A stretch of DNA of 64,000 bases from an uncultured Gammaproteobacteria bacterium. Its GTDB lineage: Bacteria; Patescibacteriota; Microgenomatia; UBA10105; UBA927. Shown here one piece after another: positions 20,498 through 31,756 of this stretch. Below the pieces are notes generated by a model. The model saw only the letters and a list, made by a program, of their open reading frames with translations, made no database searches and was not told where the DNA came from. Position 1 is the stretch's first letter; the number at the start of each line of letters is the position of its first letter. The DNA lies in assembly GCA_964515005.1 (NCBI GenBank), contig CAZEVT010000002.1, positions 28,968 to 92,967 on the forward strand, given 5' to 3'. The translations under genes and the position numbers were made by a program.

Positions 20498-23400
20498 ATG
20501 GCCAAAATTTCTGACAAATATTCAGGAAGCGACATCGTTGTTTTGGAAGGACTTGAGCCCGTCCGGAAGCGCCCGGCCATGTACATCGGCACAACCGCCC
20601 TTGCCGGCGTCCACCACTGCTTAAACGAAATTATCGACAACTCCATCGACGAAGCTTTAGCCGGATACGCCAAAAACGTCTGGGTGACGATCCACAAAGA
20701 CGACAGCGTAACCGTTATTGACGACGGCCGCGGCATTCCGATTGATAAAAATCCGAAATATAAGGTCTCGGCTCTCGAGCTCGTCATGACCAAGCTCCAC
20801 GCAGGCGGCAAATTTGAGGGCAAAGCATACAAAGTCTCCGGAGGCTTGCACGGGGTTGGTGCATCAGTCGTCAATGCGCTTTCCAGTGCCCTCAAGGTCG
20901 AAGTGCACCGCGAGGGAGGGGCATTCGTTCAGGAATATAAGAGAGGCAAACCGTTGGGACCCATCAAGAGGGTGGGGAAGGCAAAGGACACCGGCACGAC
21001 CGTTGTCTTTTTGCCCGACACCGAGATATTTAAAGAAGGAATTGCACTCAACTTTGAAATGGTCAAAAAACAGGTCCGCGACCGGGCCTATCTTATTGCC
21101 CGCCTCGCGTTTCATCTTACTGACGAGCGAAGCGGCGAGGCGGCCCACTACTATTTTGAAGGCGGCATCACGTCACTGGTGAAAGCATTAAATAGAAATA
21201 AAGTCGTCGTCCACACTCCCATTTCAATAACGAGATCCGCAGAAGATGGCAGCATGAACGTCGAAGTGGCAATCCAGTACAACGACGGATTTTCCGAAAT
21301 CGTCGAATCGTACGTCAACGTGATTGCAACGGCCGAGGGGGGCACACACCTCACGGGCTTTCGTATGGCCTTGACGCGCGCCGTTAACGACTACGGCAAG
21401 AAAATAGGCGCGTTTAAGGCAGACTCCGACGCCATAACAGGCGAGGATACCCGCGAAGGGTTGACTGCCATCGTCTATGTGAAAATGCCTTCCCAATATC
21501 TGCAATTTGAGGGGCAAACTAAGGGCAAACTCGGTAACGCCGAGGTCCAGCCGTTTGTCCAGTCAGCAGTCAAAGAGGGGCTCGATACCTACTTTGAAGA
21601 AAACCCCGCAGAGGGACGAAAGATTTTAGAAAAAGTCTACCTCGCGGCAAGGGCGAGGCTCGCGGCCAAAGCCGCCAAAGACGCCGTCATTCGAAAAGGC
21701 GCGCTTGAAGGCGCAAGCCTTCCCGGCAAGCTCGCCGACTGTCAGGAAAAAGATCCGAGTGTCTCCGAACTTTTCATCGTCGAGGGAGATTCCGCAGGCG
21801 GATGTTTTTCCGCTGATACAAAAGTTGCGCTCACGGATGGACGAAATTTGGCATTCAAGGATCTGATCAAAGAATACGATTCGGGCAGACAGAATTACTG
21901 CTACACCATCCAAAAAAATGGTGCCGTGGGTGTTGCCCCAATACAAAATCCGAGGATCACCAATAAACATACAACCGTCATCAAAATTATTCTGGATAGC
22001 GACGAAGAAATCACGTGTACTCCTGACCATCTTTTCATGCTTCGGGACGGCTCATATAAAGAAGCACACCATCTGACCCCTGCAGATTCTTTGATGCCTT
22101 TGAGGCGCCAATTGTCTCATGTCGGCAAGTGGATTACCATCGAAGGCTATGAATTGGTGTTTGATCCAGCACTCAACCGATGGCTCTTCACTCATGTACT
22201 GGCAGATGAGTACAATCTCCAGCGCGGCGTATATAAACAAGAGGACGGGAACCACCGCCATCATATCGACTTTAACAAACAAAACAACAATCCCGATAAC
22301 ATTACGAGGATTTCAAAGGATGATCATCTTGCCCTCCACAGGAGTATTCTTGAAAAAACTATTCATAGACCCGATGTCAAACAAAAAGTCGCCGCCCTCC
22401 ATAAAACCGCCGCGTTTCGTCAAAAAATAAGACTGGCAATGACCCAACCCCGTATGCGCAAGCTTTTGAGTGCTCGTGCTAAAAAACAATGGCAAGACCC
22501 TACATATAAAACGTATATGACTCAAAAATTTCTCGATTTCTATTCGAACAATAAAGAATATCAGGAAAAAAACAATGCTCTTTTAGATAAAGAACAAAAG
22601 AAATATTGGGGTGATACACAGCACAGACATCTTCAGGCTGATCGCGTGCAGACATTCTTTGTGAACCATCCGGAACGCAAAGAACAACTTCGCGCATTGG
22701 CCAACAATCAGTGGTCAGACGAATCGCTGCGCACATGGCGCCGTCAAAAGACAAAAGAGCAGTGGACGAACGCATTCCGATTACAACGAAAGGACTCATA
22801 TAATAAGATGTATCTTCGAAAAGCGCTTGCAACACTCCATTCCATCTATGAAGCAAAAGGGGAAATAAGTCCAAGTGAGTATCAACACATACGATTAACT
22901 TCACGGGACAAAAGCCTTATTCGATACGAAACAATCCGCCGGAGATTTTTCAACGATGATGAGCATCTATTTGAGCAGGCCATTATGAACTATAATCACA
23001 AAATTAGAAAAATAATTTCTCTTGAGAAACGAATGGACGTGTATGACATAGAGGTCCCCGGAACACATAATTTTGCCCTGGCTTCCGGAGTGTTTGTCCA
23101 CAACAGCGCCAAACAGGGCCGCGACCGCAAATTCCAGGCTATCTTGCCGCTTCGGGGGAAAATCCTCAATACCGAGCGGGCACGGCTTGATAAGATCATC
23201 GAATTTGAAGAACTCAAGGCGCTCGTTATAGCGCTCGGCATGGGCATTGCCGATAGCTTAAATCCCGAGAAGCTTCGCTATCACCGCGTGATCATCATGA
23301 CGGATGCCGACGTCGACGGCGAACACATCATGACGCTACTTTTGACCTTCTTCTATCGTCATTTACCCTATATCGTTGAGAAAGGGCACCTCTACATCGC

Positions 23401-23722
23401 CCAGCCGCCCCTCTATAAAATCACCTGGGCCAAGGAATCCCATTACGCCTACTCCGATGACGAGCGGGACACGATCACCAAAGAACAGGGCAAATCCATG
23501 AAGACCGCCCCCACCATTCAACGGTACAAAGGCCTCGGAGAAATGAACCCCGACCAGCTCTGGGAAACCACCATGAATCCGGTCAACCGCGTCATGCGGC
23601 AGGTAACGATTGTGGACGCGGCCGCGGCAGACAACGTGTTTGCCATGCTCATGGGGGACGAGGTGCCGCCGAGAAAGAGATTTATTCAGACCCATGCAAA
23701 AAATGCGACATTGGATATATAA
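20498..23722 (+). CDS. gyrB: DNA gyrase subunit B (intein-containing)
   Basis: GHKL motifs, EGDSAGG/SAKQGR, PLRGK, MTDADVDG, QRYKGLGEM. Confidence 0.97.
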   Translation: MAKISDKYSGSDIVVLEGLEPVRKRPAMYIGTTALAGVHHCLNEIIDNSIDEALAGYAKNVWVTIHKDDSVTVIDDGRGIPIDKNPKYKVSALELVMTKLHAGGKFEGKAYKVSGGLHGVGASVVNALSSALKVEVHREGGAFVQEYKRGKPLGPIKRVGKAKDTGTTVVFLPDTEIFKEGIALNFEMVKKQVRDRAYLIARLAFHLTDERSGEAAHYYFEGGITSLVKALNRNKVVVHTPISITRSAEDGSMNVEVAIQYNDGFSEIVESYVNVIATAEGGTHLTGFRMALTRAVNDYGKKIGAFKADSDAITGEDTREGLTAIVYVKMPSQYLQFEGQTKGKLGNAEVQPFVQSAVKEGLDTYFEENPAEGRKILEKVYLAARARLAAKAAKDAVIRKGALEGASLPGKLADCQEKDPSVSELFIVEGDSAGGCFSADTKVALTDGRNLAFKDLIKEYDSGRQNYCYTIQKNGAVGVAPIQNPRITNKHTTVIKIILDSDEEITCTPDHLFMLRDGSYKEAHHLTPADSLMPLRRQLSHVGKWITIEGYELVFDPALNRWLFTHVLADEYNLQRGVYKQEDGNHRHHIDFNKQNNNPDNITRISKDDHLALHRSILEKTIHRPDVKQKVAALHKTAAFRQKIRLAMTQPRMRKLLSARAKKQWQDPTYKTYMTQKFLDFYSNNKEYQEKNNALLDKEQKKYWGDTQHRHLQADRVQTFFVNHPERKEQLRALANNQWSDESLRTWRRQKTKEQWTNAFRLQRKDSYNKMYLRKALATLHSIYEAKGEISPSEYQHIRLTSRDKSLIRYETIRRRFFNDDEHLFEQAIMNYNHKIRKIISLEKRMDVYDIEVPGTHNFALASGVFVHNSAKQGRDRKFQAILPLRGKILNTERARLDKIIEFEELKALVIALGMGIADSLNPEKLRYHRVIIMTDADVDGEHIMTLLLTFFYRHLPYIVEKGHLYIAQPPLYKITWAKESHYAYSDDERDTITKEQGKSMKTAPTIQRYKGLGEMNPDQLWETTMNPVNRVMRQVTIVDAAAADNVFAMLMGDEVPPRKRFIQTHAKNATLDI
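21803..23104 (+). mobile_element. Intein (434 aa) with HNH-type homing endonuclease
   Basis: Starts CFSADT, block B TCTPDH, HHIDFNKQNNNPDN HNH motif, ends HNFALASGVFVHN before Ser; excision restores EGDSAGGSAKQGR. Confidence 0.95.
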
Positions 23723-23751
23723 TAGTCGGGTAAGGTAAAGGGGGGAAACAT

Positions 23752-25755
23752 ATGAATGCAGTCACACTATCACTCGCGGCCGGAATCCTTTCGGTTCTCT
23801 ACGGGATATTTTTGTCGGTTCGTATCATGCGGCTTCCCACGGGAACGCCGGATATGAACGCCATTGCCGCCGCTATTGCCGAAGGGGCAAAAGCATTCTT
23901 GGCCCGGCAATATAAAACAATCGGACTTCTGGCGCTCGGCATTGCGGCTCTTCTGTATTACACGCTGGGTCCTGACTCCGCCGTTGCCTTCGGGATCGGC
24001 GCGGTGTGCTCGGCCGTTGCCGGATTTATCGGCATGAATATTTCGGTTAGGGCCAATATCCGCACCGCGCAGGCTGCCAAAACCGGACTTGCCGCGGCCC
24101 TGAACGTCGCGTTTTCCGGAGGAGCCGTAACGGGTCTTATGGTTGCGGGGCTCGCGCTTCTTTCGGTTGCCGCCACATATATGACGCTCGGAAATGAAGT
24201 GGGAGGACAGTTGGATCTCAAACCGCTTATTGCCCTTGGATTCGGAGGGTCTTTGATATCGGTATTTGCCCGCCTCGGCGGCGGAATCTACACGAAGGGT
24301 GCCGACGTGGGAACCGATATGGTCGGCAAAATCGAAAAGGGGATTCCGGAGGATGACCCGAGGAACCCCGGGGTCATTGCGGATCTGGTCGGCGACAACG
24401 TCGGGGACGATGCGGGCATGGCTGCAGACCTATTTGAAACATACGTCGTGACCGCAGTTGCTGCCATTTTACTCGGCCAGCTTCTGCTGCCGGGATTTGC
24501 AAATGCGATCTTCTATCCGATGGTCGTGGGGGCAGGTGGCATTGTTGCATCCATCATCGGCATCGGATTTGTAAAACTCGGGCGGGGCAAAAAGATTATG
24601 CAGGCCCTCTATAAAGGACTTCTGGCCGCGTCTCTTTTGTCGGCCGTCCTCTTTTTTGTCATCACACAGTTTATGATGGCCGGAAACGGTGTCTATGGGG
24701 CAGGAAGCTTGTTTTTGGCAAGTCTCATCGGCATCATCGTAACCCTTGGCATGGTTGCCATCACCGAATTCTATACCTCCAAGTCTTACGGCGCGATCAA
24801 AGCGCTGGCAAAGGCAAGTGAAACCGGACACGGCACCAATATCATCGCAGGGCTTGCCCTTTCGATGAAATCAACCCTTGCCCCCGTGATTCTGATTGCC
24901 GCAGCCATGCTTGGAGCGTACGCCTTGGCCGGCCTCTATGGCATCGCGGTTGCCGCCATGAGTATGATATCCCTCACCGGCATTGTGGTTGCCATTGATG
25001 CGTTTGGCCCGATAACAGACAACGCAGGCGGCATTGCGGAGATGACCAACCAACCGGAAGAGGTGAGAAAAATTACCGATGCCCTGGACTCGGTCGGCAA
25101 TACCACCAAAGCCGTGACCAAGGCCTACGCGATTGCGTCGGCGGGACTTGCCGCACTCGTCCTTTTTGCCTCATATACCCAGGAGCTTGGCGGCAGTCTT
25201 ACCTTTAGTCTGTCGGATCCGAATGTGGTCGTCGGGCTTTTGATTGGCGCCGCCATGCCCTATGTATTTGCAGCCCTTGCGATGGAGGCAGTAGGCAAAG
25301 CCGCCGGAGCCATAGTTATCGAAGTACGGCGGCAGTTTAAAACAATAAAAGGAATCATGACGGGCAAAGCCAAACCCGAATATGGCAAGGCCGTCGACAT
25401 TGTCACCAAGGCGGCGCTCCGAGAAATGACCGTGCCCGCACTCTTACCCGTTGCCGCTCCCATTGTGGTGGGATTTCTCTTGGGGCCATCTGCCCTCGGC
25501 GGACTCCTCATGGGAACGATCGTCACGGGACTGTTTGTCGCTATCTCCATGACAACGGGAGGCGCGGCCTGGGACAATGCCAAAAAGTATATTGAGGAAG
25601 GCCACTTGGGCGGCAAAGGAAGTCCTGCCCATCAGGCGGCAGTCACCGGCGATACCGTGGGCGACCCGTATAAAGATACCGCGGGACCGGCCATAAATCC
25701 CATGATCAAGGTCACGAATATCGTGGCGCTTTTGATCGCCGGATTCCTCCGCTGA
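23752..25755 (+). CDS. hppA: Membrane-bound ion-translocating pyrophosphatase (K+-independent type)
   Basis: [41 protein letters not shown]. Confidence 0.95.
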   Translation: MNAVTLSLAAGILSVLYGIFLSVRIMRLPTGTPDMNAIAAAIAEGAKAFLARQYKTIGLLALGIAALLYYTLGPDSAVAFGIGAVCSAVAGFIGMNISVRANIRTAQAAKTGLAAALNVAFSGGAVTGLMVAGLALLSVAATYMTLGNEVGGQLDLKPLIALGFGGSLISVFARLGGGIYTKGADVGTDMVGKIEKGIPEDDPRNPGVIADLVGDNVGDDAGMAADLFETYVVTAVAAILLGQLLLPGFANAIFYPMVVGAGGIVASIIGIGFVKLGRGKKIMQALYKGLLAASLLSAVLFFVITQFMMAGNGVYGAGSLFLASLIGIIVTLGMVAITEFYTSKSYGAIKALAKASETGHGTNIIAGLALSMKSTLAPVILIAAAMLGAYALAGLYGIAVAAMSMISLTGIVVAIDAFGPITDNAGGIAEMTNQPEEVRKITDALDSVGNTTKAVTKAYAIASAGLAALVLFASYTQELGGSLTFSLSDPNVVVGLLIGAAMPYVFAALAMEAVGKAAGAIVIEVRRQFKTIKGIMTGKAKPEYGKAVDIVTKAALREMTVPALLPVAAPIVVGFLLGPSALGGLLMGTIVTGLFVAISMTTGGAAWDNAKKYIEEGHLGGKGSPAHQAAVTGDTVGDPYKDTAGPAINPMIKVTNIVALLIAGFLR

Positions 25756-25770
25756 ACTCAAACGTAACCT

Positions 25771-28287
25771 ATGAATATTGGGAAAGTGAACCAGTCGGAA
25801 ATCGTTGCCGAAATGCAGAAGTCGTACCTCGACTATGCGATGTCGGTTATTGTCGCGCGCGCACTTCCTGATGTCCGGGACGGCCTCAAGCCCGTCCACC
25901 GCAGAATACTTTACGCCATGCACCAGGTGGGTCTGCGGCACACGGCTCGCTACACCAAAAGCGCCAAGGTTGTGGGAGAAGTGCTCGGGAAATACCACCC
26001 GCACGGCGACGCGCCGGTGTATGAGGCCATGGTGCGCCTCGCCCAGGATTTCTCCATGCGCTACCGGCTTATTGATGGCCAAGGTAATTATGGGTCAGTA
26101 GACGGAGATCCGCCGGCTGCCATGCGGTACACCGAGTGCCGGCTTGCGGCGATCGCGGACGAAATGCTTTTGGATATTGAAAAGGAAACGGTAGCATTCA
26201 CCCCAAACTTTGACGGGACGATTGACGAACCCCTGTACCTTCCTGCCAAACTCCCGAATCTTCTTCTCATGGGCTCAGAGGGAATTGCCGTCGGCATGGC
26301 CACCAAAATCCCGCCGCACAATTTGCGGGAAGTAGCTGGAGCCATTGCGGCCATGATCGATACGGTAAAGCTCCAAAAGAAAAAACCAGTCGAAGGTGTC
26401 AGCGAAGTAAAAACAGATACGCAATTTACCTTTGATATCACGACCGACCAGCTCATGGAACACATCCAGGGGCCGGATTTCCCCACAGGCGGGGCCATCT
26501 ACGACATAAGCGAAATCAAGGCGGCATACGCCACGGGCCGCGGCAAGATCGTCATGCGCGGGAAAGCGGAAATTGAGGATATCGGACAGGGAAAGTCCGC
26601 AATCGCCATCACTGAGCTCCCGTACCAGGTAAACAAAGCACATCTGGTTGCCAAAATCGCGGATCTGGTTCACGAGAAAAAACTCGAGGGGATAAGCGAC
26701 CTTCGCGATGAGTCGGACCGCCGGGGCATTCGTGTGTACATAGAGCTTAAGCGTGACGCCCGGCCCAAACAGGTACTTAATAATTTGTTCAAGCACACGG
26801 CACTGCAGACCACATTTCCCGTCAACATGGTCGCCTTGGTCGATAACACGCCGCAAACGTGTTCTTTGAAACTCATTCTTGAAGAATATATAAAACACCG
26901 CCATGATGTCGTCCGCCGTCGGAGCGAATTTGAACTCAAAGAAGCCCGCGCCCGCGAACACATTCTCGAGGGACTTAAAATCGCCGTTGACCACATTGAT
27001 GAGGTTATCGCGATCATCAAAAAGAGCAAAGACGCCGACGATGCTAAGGGGAAGCTCATGACGCGTTTCAAGCTTTCGGATCTCCAGGCCACTGCAATTT
27101 TGGACATGCAGCTGCGGCGCCTCGCCGCCCTAGAGCGCCAAAAAATCGAGGATGAACTCGCGATGATCCGCGAAACGATTGCCTATCTTACCGATCTTCT
27201 TGCCCACCCCGAGAAAATTCTCAAAGTCGTCAAGGAAGAGCTCACCCACCTCAAAGAAAAGTACGGCGACGAGCGGAAAACCCGGGTATTTAAAAGTAAA
27301 GTCGGCGAGTTTTCAGAAGAACAGCTTATTGCCAATGAAGAAGTCATCATCACCATGAGCGAATCGGGCTATATCAAAAGGCTCCCGCGCGGGACGTTTA
27401 AGATGCAGGAGCGGGGTGGCAAAGGCGTCATAGGCATGACGACCAAGGAAGAAGATACGATTGATAAAATAGTTTCTGCCCAAACCCACGACAATATGCT
27501 TTTCTTCACCGACCGCGGGCGCGTCTACCAGGTGCGCGTCTGGGATATCCCCGAGACCTCGCGCCAGGCCAAGGGCCAGGCCGTCGTCAATCTCATCAAT
27601 ATCGAATCCACGGAAAAAGTTACCAGCGTCCTCACCTACAGCCTCAAGCGGGACGAGCAGAAGGAATCAGGCGTCAAGTTTATTTTGATGGCAACAAAGC
27701 GTGGAACCGTCAAAAAATCCAAGCTCACGGAATATGAAAATATCCGCAGAAGCGGCTTGGTTGCCATTAAACTCGAAAAAGACGATGAGCTCACTTGGGC
27801 CCGTCTGACGAGCGGATCCGATGATATTCTCCTCGTTTCCCACGAGGGAAAATCCATCCGGTTTACCGAGGCAGAAGTCCGGCCTACGGCACGCGACACG
27901 ATGGGCGTCCGCGGGATACTCCTGAAAGGCACAGACTTTGTCGTATCGGTCGACGTCATCAACGACGAGACCAAAAAAGCGGACTTCCTGACGATCATGG
28001 AGAAGGGGATTGGCAAAAAAACCGCGATCCGCGATTTCCCCAAGCAAAAGCGCGGCGGGCAGGGAGTGAAAGTAGCGGACATCAAAGACAGAACCGGGAA
28101 GGTCATGGTATCCCAAATCGTCCCAACCGACACCGATAGCGTCATCCTCACCTCAATGAAGGGTCAAGTCGTCAAGCTTCCGATTAACTCCGTCCCGCGC
28201 CTTGGACGTGCTACTTCGGGCGTCATCCTCATGCGTTTCACAAACAAATCCGACACCATCGCCGCCGCAACCTGCCTCACAAAATAG
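25771..28287 (+). CDS. gyrA: DNA gyrase subunit A
   Basis: YHPHGD, AAMRYTE catalytic Tyr, GyrA-box QERGGKG. Confidence 0.97.
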   Translation: MNIGKVNQSEIVAEMQKSYLDYAMSVIVARALPDVRDGLKPVHRRILYAMHQVGLRHTARYTKSAKVVGEVLGKYHPHGDAPVYEAMVRLAQDFSMRYRLIDGQGNYGSVDGDPPAAMRYTECRLAAIADEMLLDIEKETVAFTPNFDGTIDEPLYLPAKLPNLLLMGSEGIAVGMATKIPPHNLREVAGAIAAMIDTVKLQKKKPVEGVSEVKTDTQFTFDITTDQLMEHIQGPDFPTGGAIYDISEIKAAYATGRGKIVMRGKAEIEDIGQGKSAIAITELPYQVNKAHLVAKIADLVHEKKLEGISDLRDESDRRGIRVYIELKRDARPKQVLNNLFKHTALQTTFPVNMVALVDNTPQTCSLKLILEEYIKHRHDVVRRRSEFELKEARAREHILEGLKIAVDHIDEVIAIIKKSKDADDAKGKLMTRFKLSDLQATAILDMQLRRLAALERQKIEDELAMIRETIAYLTDLLAHPEKILKVVKEELTHLKEKYGDERKTRVFKSKVGEFSEEQLIANEEVIITMSESGYIKRLPRGTFKMQERGGKGVIGMTTKEEDTIDKIVSAQTHDNMLFFTDRGRVYQVRVWDIPETSRQAKGQAVVNLINIESTEKVTSVLTYSLKRDEQKESGVKFILMATKRGTVKKSKLTEYENIRRSGLVAIKLEKDDELTWARLTSGSDDILLVSHEGKSIRFTEAEVRPTARDTMGVRGILLKGTDFVVSVDVINDETKKADFLTIMEKGIGKKTAIRDFPKQKRGGQGVKVADIKDRTGKVMVSQIVPTDTDSVILTSMKGQVVKLPINSVPRLGRATSGVILMRFTNKSDTIAAATCLTK

Positions 28288-28290
28288 TCT

Positions 28291-28563
28291 ATGACGTCAA
28301 CCATTCTTTTTGCTCAAGGGAAACCAAAAACTGTTCATGTATTCGCCGGTGATGCTCTATATGATAATCGATTGAAAAATACATCTGATGTGTTATATGC
28401 ATTAGTTAATCTTATCGATACAGCGATGTTAGCTCCCGCTGAAAATATTCGAAATCGCGTAACCCCGACCAAGGAAACCACACATTATATTCAAAATCAC
28501 GAAGTTGTATTTCATATTGACGGCTTTGATTGCTTCGATGTTATCAGGCACGAAAAAGAATAA
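28291..28563 (+). CDS. Hypothetical protein
   Basis: 90-aa AT-rich ORF filling the gap after gyrA. Confidence 0.4.
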   Translation: MTSTILFAQGKPKTVHVFAGDALYDNRLKNTSDVLYALVNLIDTAMLAPAENIRNRVTPTKETTHYIQNHEVVFHIDGFDCFDVIRHEKE

Positions 28564-28587
28564 TTTTCCATGCTATACTTCTAGAAT

Positions 28588-29469
28588 ATGGTAGCAAAAC
28601 CTTCGCCTATGCTCAAAGGGGTGGCGAATCTTCTCACCGCCACATTTCTTTATGGACTGTTTGGGGTACTCTCTCGCACGGTCGGCCTCACGATCCCCAT
28701 TTTTTACCAAAATGTCACACGAAACCTCGTTGCAGTCGTTATTTTGACGATCATCGTCGGCGCTCAACGCGCATGGAAGCCCGTGACGAAGCGTGACCTC
28801 CGGATTATGATTGTGCGGTCACTCGCAGGAGGCGTCGCATTTTTATCATTCTTTTATACGATCATTAACGTTCCGTTCGGCGCGTCGTATTTTCTTTTCT
28901 TCGCCGGATCGGTCCTGTTTGGATACGTCTTCGGGCACTATTGGTTTTCCGAACACCTGACGAAAATTAAAATCGTGTCGCTTGTGTGCGCCATCCTCGG
29001 ACTACTGCTAGTCTATCAGGTCAATATCGCCGTCGTCAGTCCGCTCTATTTCGGACTCGCGATTTTGGCCGGTGCCACGACCGCGGTGTGGGATGTTATT
29101 TCGAAGAAAATCTCCGGCTCCTATGCCGCCAGCTATATTTCTTTTTGGGATGAATCCATTGCCATTGTTTTGTACACCGTGTTGAGCGTCGTCACCCGCG
29201 AACCGTGGTCCCTCCCCGCGCTGACTGCCCCGTGGATGGCGAGCCTCGGCATCGGGGTTCTGTTTGTCGCGACCGGCATTCTCGTTGTCAACGGATTCAA
29301 ATATGTCGAGGCGCAGATAGGCAGCATCATTCTCCTTGCTGAAATTCTTTTTGCCATCTTTTTCGGCTGGCTCATCTACGGCGAAACCATCTCGCTTCTG
29401 ACGCTTGTCGGTGGCGCATTTATCATCACGGCCATAGTGCTTCCAGAACTCTATTCCAAATCCCGCTGA
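28588..29469 (+). CDS. EamA/DMT-family transporter
   Basis: About 10 TM helices in two EamA repeats. Confidence 0.85.
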   Translation: MVAKPSPMLKGVANLLTATFLYGLFGVLSRTVGLTIPIFYQNVTRNLVAVVILTIIVGAQRAWKPVTKRDLRIMIVRSLAGGVAFLSFFYTIINVPFGASYFLFFAGSVLFGYVFGHYWFSEHLTKIKIVSLVCAILGLLLVYQVNIAVVSPLYFGLAILAGATTAVWDVISKKISGSYAASYISFWDESIAIVLYTVLSVVTREPWSLPALTAPWMASLGIGVLFVATGILVVNGFKYVEAQIGSIILLAEILFAIFFGWLIYGETISLLTLVGGAFIITAIVLPELYSKSR

Positions 29470-29493
29470 CGCTTCCCATGGTATAATGAAGGC

Positions 29494-30288
29494 ATGAAAA
29501 TCGATGGAAAAGGCATTGCGGACGCGATACTTAGCAATCTCACCCAAAAAGTGCTACAGCTCAAAGAATCGGGGATTGTTCCGACGCTTGCCGTAATTTT
29601 AGTGGGAGATGACCCGGAGTCGCTCGCGTACATCCGGCAGAAGCAAAAAGTCACCGAGCGGATTGGCGGCCGCTTTATCTTTGAACACCTTCCAAAAACA
29701 ACGACACAAAAAGAACTCACCGCGCGTGTTGCGATGTATAACCGAGATCCCGAAGCCCACGGACTTATTGTGCAACGCCCTTTACCGACTGGTTTGACTG
29801 CTTCGGTAGATTCCAAAAAAGATGTTGATGGATTTGTACCCAATTCGCCATTCCCGGTACCGATTGTTCAGGCAATATTTGAAATTTTGAAATATTGCGG
29901 GTGCGAGATACTACAAAAAAACGTGGTGATCATTGGCAGGGGAGAAACCGCAGGTAAACCGATAGCCGAGGCTTTCGCAAAACTAAAATGTACGGCGTCT
30001 ATCGTTCATTCCCAAACGCCAAATCCCAAAGAAATAATGAAAAAAGCGGATATCATTATTTCCTGTGTCGGCAAAGAAACAGTAGTGGCTGCCGATGCAA
30101 TCAAGCCCGGAGCTATCCTTATTTCCGTGGGACTTTGGCGGGGGACAGACAACAAACTGCACGGGGACTACAACGAAGAGGAAATACAAGATATCGCGTC
30201 CTACTACACACCGACTCCCGGCGGCGTCGGGCCTTTAAACATCGCTTGCCTCATGCAAAATCTTGTCAAAGCATGTACAATAAAATAA
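29494..30288 (+). CDS. folD: Methylenetetrahydrofolate dehydrogenase/cyclohydrolase
   Basis: IDGK, LAVILVG, KDVDG, TPTPGGVGP. Confidence 0.93.
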   Translation: MKIDGKGIADAILSNLTQKVLQLKESGIVPTLAVILVGDDPESLAYIRQKQKVTERIGGRFIFEHLPKTTTQKELTARVAMYNRDPEAHGLIVQRPLPTGLTASVDSKKDVDGFVPNSPFPVPIVQAIFEILKYCGCEILQKNVVIIGRGETAGKPIAEAFAKLKCTASIVHSQTPNPKEIMKKADIIISCVGKETVVAADAIKPGAILISVGLWRGTDNKLHGDYNEEEIQDIASYYTPTPGGVGPLNIACLMQNLVKACTIK

Positions 30289-30300
30289 ACAGGAGGCAAT

Positions 30301-31032
30301 ATGGATAAAATCGGCGGCGCAGTTGTACTTTTCTTCATTGCACTTTTTGCCTATACCAAGCTCGTGGGCCCTATCCCTTTTTCTGTAACTAGCACAACGA
30401 CCACCACCGCAGACGTGTTTACCGTCACGGGAGAAGGAAAGGTATCAGCCGCCCCGGATATTGCGATCGTCAATGCCGGCGTGCAGGCACAGGGAGCAAC
30501 AGTCAAACTCGCCCAGGATCAACTCAATAAAGCAATCAACGCCGTTTCCGCAGCAGTCAAATCCGCTGGCGTTGATGCCAAAGACATCCAAACCAGCGGA
30601 TATAACGTCAACCCCAATTATGATTTTCAATCCGGAGGACAGCGAATCACCGGCTACCAAGCCTCCAGTAGTCTGACTATCAAAGTCCGGGATATCGAGA
30701 AGGCAAATGCGGTCATTGATGCCGCAACTGCCGCAGGGGCAAACCAGGTCGGAGGCATTTCCTTTGACATTGATGACAAAACCAAGGTCGAAAATGAGGC
30801 GCGCGAAAAAGCAGTAGCCGAGGCCAAAAAGAAGGCGGAAAATGCCGCCAAGATTGCAGGATTCAAGCTTGGGCGGATCATAAACTACAGCGAAAACTTC
30901 GGTGGCTCTCCGCGGCCGCTCCTGATGATGGAGGCCAAAGCGGTAGGCGCGCTGGACCAGGCGCCAACCCAGGTTGAGCCCGGAACCAATGAAATCGTGG
31001 TCAACGTTACCCTCGCCTTCGAAATCCGGTAA
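30301..31032 (+). CDS. SIMPL/DUF541 domain protein
   Basis: VTGEGKVSAAPDIA, DIQTS, AREKAVAEAKKKA. Confidence 0.88.
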   Translation: MDKIGGAVVLFFIALFAYTKLVGPIPFSVTSTTTTTADVFTVTGEGKVSAAPDIAIVNAGVQAQGATVKLAQDQLNKAINAVSAAVKSAGVDAKDIQTSGYNVNPNYDFQSGGQRITGYQASSSLTIKVRDIEKANAVIDAATAAGANQVGGISFDIDDKTKVENEAREKAVAEAKKKAENAAKIAGFKLGRIINYSENFGGSPRPLLMMEAKAVGALDQAPTQVEPGTNEIVVNVTLAFEIR

Positions 31033-31100
31033 ACGGGTTTCTTGACCCGGAACGGGTTTCTTGACCCGGAACGGGTTTCTTGACCCGGAACGGGTTTCTT
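31032..31100. repeat. Tandem repeat, 3.6 copies of 19 bp AACGGGTTTCTTGACCCGG
   Basis: Identical units at 31032, 31051, 31070 and partial at 31089; each holds a CGGGT/ACCCG inverted repeat. Confidence 0.95.
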
Positions 31101-31147
31101 ATAGGTCTTGATGCTCCCCCCGGAGGCGAGTAGAATAGCCCATACTC

Positions 31148-31756
31148 ATGGGCAGAAGTCACATTAAACCACTCCAGCAGCCAAACGGAACCACTTGCGG
31201 CCCGACGGCGTTAAAGCATGCGCTCAAAGTATTCGGGAAGCGTAAGTCTTTGGATGCGCTCATGGCCCTTTGTGGCACCAACAGAAACGGCACATCCACC
31301 AAAAACATGATCCGCGCAGCAACCAAGCTTGGGCTTTCGGTTTTGGTCGTTGAATACGCGACTCTCCATCATCTCCAGAGCGCACTCAAATACAACCCCA
31401 ATCAGGTACGAGCTGCCCTCGTTTCCTATCTTTACGATTTGGACAAACAGGATCGCCCGCATCCTGAAAGCGGCCACTGGGCAATGGTGTCTTCCTATAG
31501 ACCAAGTAAAAGCAGAATCGTTCTTTTGGACAGCGCCAGCGCCAAGAAAAAATCCTACGACTGGTCGGATTTCCGCGCGCGCTGGATGGATTATGACCTT
31601 AAAAGAAGGAAAATTTCCGGCCGCGGTAACCGCTTTAAACTCGTTCGCCGCTGGCAGCAGCAGCTCATGTGTGTGATTGCCGAGGACCCGTCTCATTTGC
31701 CGAAATTCAGGACAACGACGAGCCACCTCTTTACGCCTTCGCGGCTCTCCGCATAG
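31148..31756 (+). CDS. C39-like papain-fold cysteine peptidase
   Basis: QQPNGTTCGP (Q/C), GHW (H), LLD (D). Confidence 0.75.
   Translation: MGRSHIKPLQQPNGTTCGPTALKHALKVFGKRKSLDALMALCGTNRNGTSTKNMIRAATKLGLSVLVVEYATLHHLQSALKYNPNQVRAALVSYLYDLDKQDRPHPESGHWAMVSSYRPSKSRIVLLDSASAKKKSYDWSDFRARWMDYDLKRRKISGRGNRFKLVRRWQQQLMCVIAEDPSHLPKFRTTTSHLFTPSRLSA

Noticed and set aside
31032-31100. CRISPR array
   Set aside because: Units are contiguous with no spacers, and there are no cas genes in the window.
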